64,000 nt of DNA from Deltaproteobacteria bacterium (GCA_015486075.1 WFSG01000033.1:61023-125022); one strand, 5' to 3'. Counted from the first letter of the stretch, positions 37,433 through 49,360 are shown. Notes: generated by a model from the sequence alone, not told the origin. Program-made: numbers and translations.

Positions 37433-38122
37433 TCAAGGAACAAACCGGTATCCCTTTCCACGTATGCTTACTATATGTTTCGGATCCGTGGGATCTTCCT
37501 CGATGTATCTCCTTATTCGGGATATAAACGTGTCCACTGTTCTAGTCTCCACGTCAGGATCAATTCCCCACACGTGTCTCAGTAATTCCCTACGGGATAC
37601 TATCCTCTCCTTATGCGCTACAAGATACTGAATCAATGCGGCTTCGTGTGGTGTAATCCTTGCCACGGGCCTTTTTTCTCTGTTTAGTTCCAGGGTGTTG
37701 AAGTCTATCTCGGTTTTACCCACGCGTATGCGGGACTCTCCCCTGTACCACTCGTACCTGTCAAGCATCCTCTTTACCCTGATCAGGAACTCGTCCAGGT
37801 GAAATGGCTTGGTCATGTAGTCATCTGCTCCTGACCTGAATCCGTTTAACTTATCCTCAATCCCATCCTTGGCACTGAGTATCAGTACAGGTATCTTTAT
37901 ATCCTTATTCCTTATTACCTTGAGTGCCTCTATGCCGTCCATTCCAGGTAGCATTAGGTCGAGTACGATGAGATCAATCTCCGATGTATCAAGTAGATCA
38001 ATCCCTTGCTCTGCAGACCTGGCATGTAAGACCCTGTAGCCCTCGGCCTCCAGGTTTATTAGTAGGCCCAGTGCCATGGCCGGGTCGTCTTCTATTACCA
38101 GTACCGTGCTACTTATGTCCAT
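37433..38122 (-). CDS. OmpR/PhoB-family response regulator
   Basis: VLVIEDD, LDLMLPGMDG, GADDYMTKPF, winged helix RTVDTFISRIR..IRGKGY. Confidence 0.94.
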   Translation of the reverse strand: MDISSTVLVIEDDPAMALGLLINLEAEGYRVLHARSAEQGIDLLDTSEIDLIVLDLMLPGMDGIEALKVIRNKDIKIPVLILSAKDGIEDKLNGFRSGADDYMTKPFHLDEFLIRVKRMLDRYEWYRGESRIRVGKTEIDFNTLELNREKRPVARITPHEAALIQYLVAHKERIVSRRELLRHVWGIDPDVETRTVDTFISRIRRYIEEDPTDPKHIVSIRGKGYRFVP

Positions 38123-39068
38123 TTTCTCTTCCCAGTGGAAGGCATAGCAAAAATGTGGATCCTTTGCCAGCCTTTGCTTTTTCCAGCTTTATGCTTCCAC
38201 CATGTGCCTTCATGGTCTGCTTTACGATGTATAGGCCCATACCTGTCCCCCTACTCCATAAAGAGATGCCCTCTGGAAGCCTCGTGAATAGCTTGAATAC
38301 ATCCTTGGCCTTGTTTTTAGGGATACCTATTCCAAAGTCCTTGAACTCAATGCACACGCGTGATCTATTCTTATAGGCTCTTATCTCAACCCTGGGGCTA
38401 TTGTCCGAATAATGTATGGCATTCTCCGTAAGGTTGCTAAGTACTATGTCAAAGGCCTGTACATCCACGTTCACCTCGATATCCTTGTCTATGTCCACTA
38501 GTTTAATGTCCACGTTTTCGAATAGCACTGGATGCCTCTTTATAAAGTCTTCGAGTACTGCCTTCAAAGGCATGTTTCTGAATATATATGGGGTGCGCCC
38601 ATGGTAGAGACAAGAACCCTCAAGGAACTTGTCCACTAATTCCTTGAGTCTCTGATTTTCGTGAATCATTCCACCTATAAGCCTTTCTGTTGTCTCCTCT
38701 GGGAGGTTCCTTGACTTCATAGTTTCCAGGTATAGCTGGGTTGTTGCGAGTGGAGTCTTGAATTCATGAGTTATTGAGGACATTATATTGGTCTGGGTCT
38801 TTGCAAGTGTGACCTGCTTTTGGTAAAGCACAAACAGTATCCATATGCCGGCCAGTATTAATAGTAATAGTACTGCTCCTTCAACCAGGATCAGTATATC
38901 CCATGGTCCCAACTTGTGTATCAGTGCATAGTGGCTGTTTACGAACCATGCTATCCACAATACTACTATTGCAACCCATGCCAGCTGGGTTACGATAATT
39001 ATGAGTATGGAAGGCCATCTTTTAATGCTTTTCATAGTGTAGAAGTCCTTGAAATTAACAGTCTTCAT
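38109..39068 (-). CDS. Sensor histidine kinase (two TM, short loop)
   Basis: SITHEFKTPL H-box, NLTENA, DFGIGI, FTR, GTGMGL. Confidence 0.93.
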   Translation of the reverse strand: MKTVNFKDFYTMKSIKRWPSILIIIVTQLAWVAIVVLWIAWFVNSHYALIHKLGPWDILILVEGAVLLLLILAGIWILFVLYQKQVTLAKTQTNIMSSITHEFKTPLATTQLYLETMKSRNLPEETTERLIGGMIHENQRLKELVDKFLEGSCLYHGRTPYIFRNMPLKAVLEDFIKRHPVLFENVDIKLVDIDKDIEVNVDVQAFDIVLSNLTENAIHYSDNSPRVEIRAYKNRSRVCIEFKDFGIGIPKNKAKDVFKLFTRLPEGISLWSRGTGMGLYIVKQTMKAHGGSIKLEKAKAGKGSTFLLCLPLGRENGHK

Positions 39069-39083
39069 GTTTATAAAGGCATA

Positions 39084-40175
39084 CTAGAATATAAATCTTC
39101 TCCAGGATATGCTCAATATAATACCTATGCACATCATGTTTACCAGTAGCGAGGAGCCACCGTAGCTTATAAAAGGTAAAGGTACACCCACGACGGGCAT
39201 TATCCCCAAGGCCATGGATATGTTGATAAATACGTGAAGTATAAAATATATGGCAATACCGAAACATACAAGTGCACCAAACCTGTCCTTTGCCTTTATT
39301 CCTATGTATATAATCTTTGTGATCAGTAACAAGTATAGCAATACGAGTATGCTTGCACCAATAAATCCCCATTCCTCTGCCACGACCGAGAATATAAAGT
39401 CCGTATGGTGCTCGGGCAGGAAACGTAACTGGGTCTGTGTTCCGTGTAGGAATCCTTTGCCCAGTAGGCGACCAGATCCGATTGCAATCTTTGATTGTAT
39501 TGTGCAGTAACTACTGCCCAGAGGGTCTTGACTAGGGTCAAGAAAGGCCAATATTCTTTTTCTTTGGTAGTCTTTGAGAAATAGCCATCCAGCTGGCAGT
39601 GATACGCTCACCATGGATAGTATTGCGATAAGTGAAGACCTCTGTATGCCAATTACTAGGAAAATACCTGTTGCAATGAGCGTTATTATACCAGCTGTAC
39701 CAAGGTCAGGTTCCAAGAGTATCAATATAACCGGTACTGATATTATCAGGAAAGGAAAGGCCAGATCCCTAATGTTGTAACCCTGTATACCTTTTTTTAT
39801 GGATCCATACGATGCTATCCAAATTATCAGGGTTATCTTTGCAAGTTCAGAAGGCTGAAAGCTTACTTGACCGAAGGTGAACCATCTCCTTGCGCCAGCT
39901 ATATCCCTGCCGAATACCAGTACGCATACAAGTAGTATCAAGGTAATGAGATATAGGGGCCAGTATATGTTTTTTAGTATCCTGTAATCCATTGCAAAAA
40001 ATATGATCATGCATATAGAACCCAGTAGAATCCAGAGGATCTGTTTTGTGAATATGCCAGGATTTACTGTGCGTGTTGCGCTGTACAGGCATAAGAGGCC
40101 TACTAGTATTATTAAGAGTACGGTAACAATAAGTCCCCTATCTATGTTATTTATTACCTTTTGATATCTTTTCAT
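39084..40175 (-). CDS. rodA: Rod shape-determining protein RodA
   Basis: GARRW, QPSELAK, EPDLGT, QSKIAIGSG, LPEHHTDFIF, G.PLPFISYGGSS. Confidence 0.95.
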   Translation of the reverse strand: MKRYQKVINNIDRGLIVTVLLIILVGLLCLYSATRTVNPGIFTKQILWILLGSICMIIFFAMDYRILKNIYWPLYLITLILLVCVLVFGRDIAGARRWFTFGQVSFQPSELAKITLIIWIASYGSIKKGIQGYNIRDLAFPFLIISVPVILILLEPDLGTAGIITLIATGIFLVIGIQRSSLIAILSMVSVSLPAGWLFLKDYQRKRILAFLDPSQDPLGSSYCTIQSKIAIGSGRLLGKGFLHGTQTQLRFLPEHHTDFIFSVVAEEWGFIGASILVLLYLLLITKIIYIGIKAKDRFGALVCFGIAIYFILHVFINISMALGIMPVVGVPLPFISYGGSSLLVNMMCIGIILSISWRRFIF

Positions 40176-41973
40176 TATCTAATTCCTTTATGAAATAATA
40201 TCCCTTTATAACGTCTTTTACGACAGGTCCGGCAATACTTCCACCATGCCCTCCGTGTTCTACTACTGCAACCACGAGTATTTCAGGGTTTTCAACCGGT
40301 GAGAATCCCACGAACCATGCATGGTCTCTGTACCTGTAGGGGATATCTTTCTCGTCACTTCGTTTTGAGACTATTTTTCGTACAACCTGGGCAGTACCAG
40401 TCTTGCCTCCGATAGAGAACATAGGGTCCCTGACTATCCTGCCTGTACCATGTGGATCCTCAACTACTCCTCTCATTGCGCCCTTGATGATATCGAGATA
40501 TGACCTGGGAACCGGGAGTTGTTTCTCAAGTCTAGGACTATCTGATGCAAGAATTCTCGGGGTGTACAGGAAGCCGCCATTTACCACGGCACTCATGGCC
40601 TTTGCTATCTGGAGGGGCGTAACCAACACGTATCCCTGGCCGATCGCTGTTATGAGTGTCTCACCTTTTTGCCATGGCCTGTGGAATCTTCTTAGTTTCC
40701 ATCCTTGGCTTGGGATAAGACCTGATACCTCGTTTGGTAGCTCTATGCCTGTAGGCCTACCAAGGCCTAGGATATTTGCAAAGGCCTTAATCCTGTCTAT
40801 GCCTAAGTCTTTGCCCAGGTGGTAGAAATATACGTCGCAGGATTCAATGATTGCCCTTTTTAGGTTAACATCACCATGTCCTTGCCTTTTCCAGCACAGG
40901 AAGCGTTTTGAGCCCAGGTCAAAATACCCAGGGCAGAAAATCTCCTTGCTTGGGTCTATAACGTTATCAGTGAGACCAGCCAGAGCTACAAAAATTTTGA
41001 AGATGGAACCTGGTGGGTACTGTCCTCTCAACGCCCTGTTCTCAAGTGGGTGCATTGGATCATTTACTACCTTTTGCCATACCTCAGGGGCTATTGGTCC
41101 TAGAAACATGTTTGTGTCAAAGCCAGGTTTGCTTACCATCGCGAGGACCTCGCCAGTACTGGGGACAATCGCAACCACGGCTCCTGTCCTGTCTCTTAAA
41201 GCATCACTTGCTATTACCTGGAGACGTTTATCTATTGTAAGCATGACATCCTTTCCTGGCGTGGGGATACTTTCTTCTAGTACCTTCTGCCTGCGTCCAA
41301 TAGCGTCTACCTCAAATATCTTTTTGCCTTTCTTGCCCCGGAGTTCATCTTCGCACTCGAGTTCGATTCCGCTTTTACCAATCAAATCCCCTATAGCATA
41401 CTTTTTCTCACCTCTATGAGCATCCAGTTCTTTCTTGGATATCTCTCCCACGAAACCTAGTACATGGCATGCCAGATCCTTGTACACGTAATCCCTTTCA
41501 GTAGAGGGATCAATTGAAATCCCTGGTAGCTCATAGGTCTCTGACTCCACACGTGCCATGTTCTCAAACGTGATATCCCTGGCTAGGTATACGGGGGTAT
41601 AGGGCCTCCTCTTACCCTTCCTTATCTTCTTTGCTGCCTCTTTAGGGTCCAGACCGATAAGTCTGGATAGTTTGGATGTTACATAGTGAATGTTTGGGAT
41701 GTCATTTGGTATTGCTATAAGATCGTAGGATGGTCTGTTATCTGCCAGCACTATTCCGTTCCTATCCAGGATCCTACCTCTTGGTGCGCGTATTCCCATT
41801 ATGCGTATCCTGTTGTTTCTTGAAAGCCCTGCATAGTATTCTCCCTTGATTACCTGCATGTACATGAGTCTCCCCAGTATTATAGAAAACAGTACCCCTA
41901 CGAGCGCCAGGAGCAGGATTCCCTTTTTCCTGAACTCCATCTCTATAGGTATGGATTCTACCCTAGGCTTCAT
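40147..41973 (-). CDS. mrdA: Penicillin-binding protein 2
   Basis: APRG.I.DRNG, PGSIFK (SxxK), SCD, KTGTAQ, HAWF. Confidence 0.95.
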   Translation of the reverse strand: MKPRVESIPIEMEFRKKGILLLALVGVLFSIILGRLMYMQVIKGEYYAGLSRNNRIRIMGIRAPRGRILDRNGIVLADNRPSYDLIAIPNDIPNIHYVTSKLSRLIGLDPKEAAKKIRKGKRRPYTPVYLARDITFENMARVESETYELPGISIDPSTERDYVYKDLACHVLGFVGEISKKELDAHRGEKKYAIGDLIGKSGIELECEDELRGKKGKKIFEVDAIGRRQKVLEESIPTPGKDVMLTIDKRLQVIASDALRDRTGAVVAIVPSTGEVLAMVSKPGFDTNMFLGPIAPEVWQKVVNDPMHPLENRALRGQYPPGSIFKIFVALAGLTDNVIDPSKEIFCPGYFDLGSKRFLCWKRQGHGDVNLKRAIIESCDVYFYHLGKDLGIDRIKAFANILGLGRPTGIELPNEVSGLIPSQGWKLRRFHRPWQKGETLITAIGQGYVLVTPLQIAKAMSAVVNGGFLYTPRILASDSPRLEKQLPVPRSYLDIIKGAMRGVVEDPHGTGRIVRDPMFSIGGKTGTAQVVRKIVSKRSDEKDIPYRYRDHAWFVGFSPVENPEILVVAVVEHGGHGGSIAGPVVKDVIKGYYFIKELDNEKISKGNK

Positions 41974-42457
41974 CTTGTCTCCATAGTATTCTTACCATAT
42001 ACACAACAAGGGGTGTTGCTATTCCAGTTAGTAGCGAACTGGCCAGCACGGATGCAATAAATGGCGGGGATACGTAGATAGGTGTAAACAGTCTTGCTAG
42101 GACTATTCCAAGGATGTAAGAAAGTCCACCTAGGAATATCTGGCTAACGATATTCTCAAGGTAAACTACATTCTTCGCAGCCGTTAGTCCCAGGAAGGTG
42201 ATGAGGTATATGAATGGCAGAGATCCCATGCTGGCCCCAGAAAATGCCTGTAACAGGAATGAGAGCACTATGACCAGTATACTTGCAGTGCCAAATGGGA
42301 TTGTTATTACCATGCCCAGTATAAGACCTAGAAAGAGATCAATCCTAACAAGGTTTGCGATGTCAGGAAAGACACTTGTCTCTATTATTACTACGCTCAC
42401 GAAGAGACAGCCTATCTTAATTATTCTTATTGTCAGCCTTTCCGATTCCGAAGACAT
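41963..42457 (-). CDS. mreD: Rod shape-determining protein MreD
   Basis: Multi-TM protein located between mreC and mrdA. Confidence 0.75.
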   Translation of the reverse strand: MSSESERLTIRIIKIGCLFVSVVIIETSVFPDIANLVRIDLFLGLILGMVITIPFGTASILVIVLSFLLQAFSGASMGSLPFIYLITFLGLTAAKNVVYLENIVSQIFLGGLSYILGIVLARLFTPIYVSPPFIASVLASSLLTGIATPLVVYMVRILWRQDEA

Positions 42458-43237
42458 CCTCTATCCTTTGCATGCTGACTGCTGGCTTCAGTATAATCTT
42501 GGCAAACATCTCCCTTCTATCTTTTTTAACAGTCAAGACATAACCAAGCCTCAGTCCTCTGGGGAATATGTCTAGTAAACCAGAGGTAACTACCTCGTCG
42601 CCAGCGTTTACCTTTTCTGAACTCCTTATGTATTCCAAGTTCAACAAGCCATCGCCTCTGCCCCTTACAATACCCTTGGTTTTTATGGTCTTTATAAGTG
42701 CGGGTATTGCGCTGTTTGGATCAGTGATGAGAAGGACCTCGGATGTGTGTGGTGAAACAGATATTACCCTCCCTACCACACCGTTCATGTTCACAATGGG
42801 CATATCCTTAAAAAAACCGTCAGAAGTACCCCTGTTTAGGACTAGGGTTTTGAATATCATGCTTATGTCTTGGCCAAGTACGCTAGCAGGGTACAATTTA
42901 AATGTATAACTGGCTTTCTTGAACTCAAGCATTGACCTGAGCCTCTTGTTCTCTTCCTCTATTTCTTTTACGTGCCTGCACTGTATCCTGAGTTCTGCCA
43001 ATTCCTGCTTAAGATTCTCGTTTTCCTGTCTCGTATCTACTAGGTAAATATAGTTATTCCATATTTTGCGTGTGAGGTTTAAAGGTGAGCTCGCTACCCT
43101 CTCCATCCAGTAATAAACCTCGCGGGTGGTAGATAACGTGCCATTGAATACCCTGTTAGGGCCGATAGATATCAGGAAGATGACAACAAGTACGGAGATG
43201 ATTATAAAGAAAATTTTGTCACTTCTATTGCTACCCA

Positions 43238-43238
<1 letters not shown>
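42417..43238 (-). CDS. mreC: Rod shape-determining protein MreC
   Basis: TM + coiled coil (ENENLK..ENKRLR), LVLNRG, GVVGRV, V.LITD, GDEVVTSG..FP.G. Confidence 0.93.
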
Positions 43239-44338
<1,100 letters not shown>

Positions 44339-44462
44339 TTACAAGTCAAATGAATCATGTGTTCCTAGCCTCTTGTGGTGGATTGACAAGGCTCACAAGG
44401 TGGTTAGACGAATCCTCCTGCATCCTTGCAGACCATGTGCTGTGTATGCTAGACCTTAAGCC

Positions 44463-45482
44463 ATGAAAAGACTTTGTACTTTAATCCTGGCTGCTGGCAA
44501 GGGTGTTAGAATGAAGTCGGCAAGGCCAAAGGTTATGCACGAGATACTAGGCCTACCCATGGTGTACTATCCCGTTAGTATCTCAAGAGACATAGGTGGT
44601 GATGTAATTGCAGTGGTTGGGCACGGCAAGGAATATACTATGCCCTACTTGGAGGGACTTGGCGCAAGATGCGTTGTCCAGGATCCACCCATGGGTACAG
44701 GTGATGCAGTGCGAGTAGCAAGAGACATGCTTGTCGAAATGAAAGCCGATGACGTACTCATAATACCTGGCGACATGCCCCTGATACAAAAAGAGTCCAT
44801 AGATGGCCTGATTTCTGCTTACAGGAAAACCAATGCGGATATGGCTGTGCTTACCTCTGTTATGGACAATCCTACCGGTTACGGTAGGGTTATAAGGGAT
44901 AGCAATGGCTATGTCTTTGAGATTGTCGAGGAAAGCGATGCTAGTCCGCAGCAGAGACAAGTAAAAGAAATAAATACAGGCGTTTACATCGCTAGTAAGG
45001 ACTTCATGCTTGATTCTGTGTTTAAGTTACAGGCAGGGAACGCAAAGGGGGAATTTTACCTTACTGACATAGTAAAGATGGCGAGCAACGTGGCTTCCTC
45101 TAGGGTGGTTGACTGTGAGGAGGCAAATGGTGTAAATTCCAGACTGCAGCTTGCCCATGCAAGCGAGGTACTAAGGTCAAGGATTAACAGGTCCCTCATG
45201 GAGAGAGGAGTTACCATGTACGGGCCCGAGGTGACTTGGGTGGGTCCCCTTGTCAGCATATCCAGCGATACAGAAATATGGCCAGGTACGCATATCCTAG
45301 GGCACTCCGTTATAGGCAGAAACGTGAAGATAATGCCGAATGCCTGGATAAAAGATTCCACAATAGGCGATGGTAGTGTGATTGGCAACAATAGCATTAT
45401 AGAAAGTGCATCTATCAAGCAAGGTAGCTCTATTGCGCCTAGCTCTCACGTAGTGGGCCTGGAAGGTGCTTTGGACAGGTGA
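44463..45482 (+). CDS. glmU: GlmU-like N-acetylglucosamine-1-phosphate uridyltransferase, C-terminally short (339 aa)
   Basis: LAAGKG.RMKS..PK, GTGDA, GD.PL, GYGR, EINTG.Y, EFYLTD, GVNSR, then only a few LbH turns. Confidence 0.85.
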   Translation: MKRLCTLILAAGKGVRMKSARPKVMHEILGLPMVYYPVSISRDIGGDVIAVVGHGKEYTMPYLEGLGARCVVQDPPMGTGDAVRVARDMLVEMKADDVLIIPGDMPLIQKESIDGLISAYRKTNADMAVLTSVMDNPTGYGRVIRDSNGYVFEIVEESDASPQQRQVKEINTGVYIASKDFMLDSVFKLQAGNAKGEFYLTDIVKMASNVASSRVVDCEEANGVNSRLQLAHASEVLRSRINRSLMERGVTMYGPEVTWVGPLVSISSDTEIWPGTHILGHSVIGRNVKIMPNAWIKDSTIGDGSVIGNNSIIESASIKQGSSIAPSSHVVGLEGALDR

Positions 45483-45650
45483 AAATAAATCATATAAAAA
45501 TTGTTTAAAGAAAGCAGATGCAGGTTTTTTGTATATATAATGGTGTAATGCCTTTGCAAGATTCCAACAAGGGCCAAGTTATCACTGATTTTATTTCCCC
45601 TCTACTATATAGAGATTGACTTTATGTATTGTTAAACCTACAAGATATTT

Positions 45651-48095
45651 ATGAGTTGGGTAGGGAAGCTCTTCAAGAAGGACGAGGCAGGGGTTAGGGA
45701 TATTTCACGTGAAGACAACCTGCCGTTTACTGTTCCTGTGTTGCCTTTAAAAGATGCCGTACTAATGGAGGATGCCATATTACCCCTTGTTGTATCTAGT
45801 TCTTTCTCGAATACCGAGCTGGTAAAGAGGTTACATGAAAGGAATGATTACCTTGTAGCCGTTGGTCTGACAAGACCGAATGACGTGCGTTTGGAGACAT
45901 GGGAACAGATATACAGGGTGGGTTGCCTGGCGAAGATTACAAAGATAAGTGATCTTGATAACGGCGAGACATCCATAATGATAAAGGGTCTTAAGAAGGT
46001 AAGGATAGAAGAAAAGGTATCTGATAGACCTTACCTTGTTGTACGTATTTCATACATGAAAGACGACTTGGAGGTGGACAAGGACGTGAGTGCAATGGCC
46101 CACTCCACCAGGCAGGTCCTGAATCAGCTTGCTAGGTTATCTTACCACAACATGGAGTCTGTGCTTGTATCCCTGTGCAAGCTCAGGGATCCTATCCTTT
46201 TACTTAATACATGCACAACTACGCTTCCAATACCCGTAGAAAAGAAGCAATCCATACTTGAAGAGAGCCAGCTCATCTCAAAATACAAAATGCTTTACAG
46301 GGCACTTGTTGATGAGCTCGATATACTCGAGCTTTCCAGTAGAATAACAGAGAAAGCAAAGGATGAGATAAACAGCGCACAAAGGGAATACTACCTCAGG
46401 CATCAGCTCAAGGCGATAAAAAAGGAGCTAGGTGAGACAAACGATATTGAAAGCGAGGTAGAAGAACTAAGGAAGGAGATAGAGACAAAGGCACTACCCA
46501 GGGATGTAAAGAAGGATATTGATAAGGACCTCAAGAGACTCAGCAGGATGCAACCGGGGTCGGCAGAGTACATAACCATACGGACGTATATGGACTGGAT
46601 ACTGGACCTGCCATGGCAGGAGGAGACCGAAGACAACCTGGATATCAACGAGGTCGAACGCATATTGAATGAAGATCACTTTGACCTGAAGACGCCAAAA
46701 AAGAGGATACTTGAATTTCTTGCAGTAAAAAGTCTCAAGGGTGATCTCAAGGGCCCCATACTTTGCTTTGTCGGCCCACCAGGCGTTGGAAAGACATCCC
46801 TAGGTAGGTCCATTGCGCGTGCCATGGGAAGAAAGTTCGTAAGGATTTCACTTGGAGGTGTAAGGGATGAGGCCGAGATAAGGGGGCATAGGAGAACATA
46901 CATAGGCGCTATGCCTGGAAGGATAATAAACGGTATAAAGCAAGCAGGGAGCACAAACCCGGTATTTATGCTTGACGAGATAGACAAGCTAGCTCACGAT
47001 ATACATGGTGACCCATCCTCTGCGCTCCTGGAAGCACTTGATCCGGAGCAGAACAACCATTTCGTAGATCATTACCTGAACGTACCCTATGATCTTTCAA
47101 AGACATTCTTTATTGCCACTGCAAACATGGTGGACACTATTCCTCCTGCACTCAAGGACCGAATGGAGATTGTGGATATAGAGGGATACACCCAGGAAGA
47201 CAAGCTGGAGATAGCAAGAGATCACCTTATACCAAAGGAGATAGAAGCCAATGGACTTGAAGGCAGGGATATAGAATTCAACGATGATGCTATACTGCAC
47301 ATAATAAGGTCATACACGAGAGAATCAGGGGTAAGAAACCTGCAGAGGGAGATCGCTGCCGTGTTAAGGGCAATTGCTTCTGAGATAGCTCGCAGGCAGG
47401 GAGACAAGTTCCTCGTGGACCGGGATTTCGTGGAAAAAGTGCTGGGCCCGGTGCGGTATATACCTGAGGTGAGGGAAAGGGCTAGCATGCCGGGTGTGGC
47501 AACAGGCCTGGCCTGGACACCTTTTGGTGGGGAGATACTGTTTGTTGAGGCGGCCCTGGTTGAAGGCAAGGAAGAGATGATACTCACAGGCCAGATGGGA
47601 GAAGTGATGAAGGAGTCTGCACGTATCGCGCTCAGTCTGGTAAAGAGCATGGGACACAACCTTCCCCCTTCTACTGGCATACATATACATGTTCCTGCCG
47701 GTGCCATACCAAAGGACGGGCCATCTGCGGGAATTACCATTGTAACATCCATAGTGTCTCTATTGACCAGGGAGAAGGTGAGTGACAACCTTGCAATGAC
47801 AGGCGAGATTACCTTGAGGGGTGCAGTGCTACCCGTTGGAGGGATAAAGGAGAAAATCCTTGCTGCAAAGCGTAATGCAATTACCAGGGTTATATTGCCT
47901 AAGATGAACGAGAAAGACCTCAGGGAGATGGACGAAGATGCCATAAGAGACATAGACCTATTTTTCGTCAGTACTATAGAAGAGGTGCTGGATCTGGCAT
48001 TTGCCCAAAGCAAGGCCAGTAAGGTCAAGGTAAGCCGTCTAGCTATGGAAGAAGACAAGAAATCCAGATCCCCGGACGTCAGACCCGGGTCATGA
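45651..48095 (+). CDS. lon: ATP-dependent Lon protease
   Basis: LON N-domain (VLPLKD, RVGCLAKI), QREYYLR.QLKAI, GPPGVGKTS, KDGPSAG, GGIKEK. Confidence 0.96.
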   Translation: MSWVGKLFKKDEAGVRDISREDNLPFTVPVLPLKDAVLMEDAILPLVVSSSFSNTELVKRLHERNDYLVAVGLTRPNDVRLETWEQIYRVGCLAKITKISDLDNGETSIMIKGLKKVRIEEKVSDRPYLVVRISYMKDDLEVDKDVSAMAHSTRQVLNQLARLSYHNMESVLVSLCKLRDPILLLNTCTTTLPIPVEKKQSILEESQLISKYKMLYRALVDELDILELSSRITEKAKDEINSAQREYYLRHQLKAIKKELGETNDIESEVEELRKEIETKALPRDVKKDIDKDLKRLSRMQPGSAEYITIRTYMDWILDLPWQEETEDNLDINEVERILNEDHFDLKTPKKRILEFLAVKSLKGDLKGPILCFVGPPGVGKTSLGRSIARAMGRKFVRISLGGVRDEAEIRGHRRTYIGAMPGRIINGIKQAGSTNPVFMLDEIDKLAHDIHGDPSSALLEALDPEQNNHFVDHYLNVPYDLSKTFFIATANMVDTIPPALKDRMEIVDIEGYTQEDKLEIARDHLIPKEIEANGLEGRDIEFNDDAILHIIRSYTRESGVRNLQREIAAVLRAIASEIARRQGDKFLVDRDFVEKVLGPVRYIPEVRERASMPGVATGLAWTPFGGEILFVEAALVEGKEEMILTGQMGEVMKESARIALSLVKSMGHNLPPSTGIHIHVPAGAIPKDGPSAGITIVTSIVSLLTREKVSDNLAMTGEITLRGAVLPVGGIKEKILAAKRNAITRVILPKMNEKDLREMDEDAIRDIDLFFVSTIEEVLDLAFAQSKASKVKVSRLAMEEDKKSRSPDVRPGS

Positions 48096-49359
48096 TATAT
48101 TCCTTCATGCCATCTATGGTCTTTCCCATGGCATCTTGGGTATGAGCATTGCTTATAAAGAAGGCCTCAAATGGTGATGGCGCAATATAGACACCCCGTT
48201 CTAGCATATGATGAAAGAGGCTTGAGTAAGTCTTAGTATCAGATTCTATTACTACGTCGAAACTGTTAACTGGGCCTTCGTTGAAGAACAACCCTGCCAT
48301 TGAGCCCTTGTGGTTAACACTTAAGGCAATGCCTGCTTTATTTGCTGCACCAGTGATTTCATCTACAAATTCATCCATGGTCTTCTCTAGTATGGGGTAC
48401 GGGTTTTCCCTTTTTAGGACCTTTAATGTTGCAAGTCCCGCCGCCATTGCAACAGGATTACCAGATAGTGTACCAGCCTGGTAAACAGGTCCATCAGGGG
48501 CAAGCATGGACATAATATCACTCCTTCCTCCGAATGCACCTACAGGCATGCCGCCACCTATAATCTTTCCAAGGCACGTGATATCTGGGTTTATACCCAC
48601 AATATTTTGAAAGCCACCGAAGCAGAGCCTGAAACCCGTTATTACTTCGTCTAATATCAACAAGGCCTTGTGTTCCAGTGTGGATTGCCTTAGTGTCTCT
48701 AGGAATCCCTCCTCTGGTAAAACAACACCCATGTTACCTGCAACAGGTTCTACAATAACAGCGGCTACCTTATCACCGTTTTCATCCATGAATAAATTAA
48801 ATCCCCTGATATCATTGTATTTAAGTACAGCCGTGGTAGACGTGATTTCTCGCGGCACACCCGAAGAATCAGGCAGGGAAAACGTCATTGCACCTGATCC
48901 TGCTTTTGCCAGGAGGCTGTCTACGTGTCCGTGGTAACATCCCTCAAATTTTACGATTAGGCTCCTTTTCGTATATGCCCTTGCCAGCCTTATTGCGCTC
49001 ATGGTGGCCTCTGTCCCGGAATTAACGAACCTGACCTTTTCAATGGAAGGTATGGCATTGCAGATTTCCTCTGCCATGAGTACCTCTAGCTCTGTTGGAG
49101 CACCGAAACTCGTGCCTGCATCAACCTGTGCCTTTACTGCAGAGACAACCTCTGGGTGACAGTGTCCAAGTATGAGCGGACCCCAGGAAAGCACGTGGTC
49201 CACGTATACATTACCCTCGACATCGAACATGTAAGGACCATTTCCCTTGGCTATAAACCTGGGTGTGCCACCTACTTTCTTGAATGCCCTTACTGGTGAA
49301 TTAACACCACCTGGAATGGTGTTCCGTGCCCTTGTAAAGAGATCTTCGTTTCTTTTCAA
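48079..49359 (-). CDS. hemL: Glutamate-1-semialdehyde 2,1-aminomutase
   Basis: PGGVNSPVRAF, SWGP, FGAPT, VNSGTEA, F.GCYHGH.D, DEVITGFR, GKIIGGG.P, QAGTLSGNP. TTG start at 49359. Confidence 0.96.
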   Translation of the reverse strand: MKRNEDLFTRARNTIPGGVNSPVRAFKKVGGTPRFIAKGNGPYMFDVEGNVYVDHVLSWGPLILGHCHPEVVSAVKAQVDAGTSFGAPTELEVLMAEEICNAIPSIEKVRFVNSGTEATMSAIRLARAYTKRSLIVKFEGCYHGHVDSLLAKAGSGAMTFSLPDSSGVPREITSTTAVLKYNDIRGFNLFMDENGDKVAAVIVEPVAGNMGVVLPEEGFLETLRQSTLEHKALLILDEVITGFRLCFGGFQNIVGINPDITCLGKIIGGGMPVGAFGGRSDIMSMLAPDGPVYQAGTLSGNPVAMAAGLATLKVLKRENPYPILEKTMDEFVDEITGAANKAGIALSVNHKGSMAGLFFNEGPVNSFDVVIESDTKTYSSLFHHMLERGVYIAPSPFEAFFISNAHTQDAMGKTIDGMKEYIMTRV

Positions 49360-49360
49360 C

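Noticed and set aside
44372-44399. CTTGTG-N16-CACAAG dyad around TTGACA between mreB and glmU
   Set aside because: Only a 6-bp arm, and a single occurrence is compatible with chance.
45480-45490. Selenocysteine (UGA) readthrough extending the short glmU, given selA in the window
   Set aside because: The TGA is followed by AAA TAA in frame. No homologous continuation or SECIS-like hairpin was seen. The other TGA stops I examined (radical SAM gene, ATGA-coupled genes) also look like ordinary stops.
45483-45650. Heat-shock operator (CIRCE) upstream of the canonical lon
   Set aside because: No TTAGCACTC-N9-GAGTGCTAA or close variant found. The region is simply AT-rich.
47222-48058. Long antisense ORFs (e.g. 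47222-48058, 19880-20626, 25585-26247, 31776-32504, 7004-7540)
   Set aside because: They lie opposite well-supported conserved genes, have no recognisable motifs, and are typical shadow ORFs.
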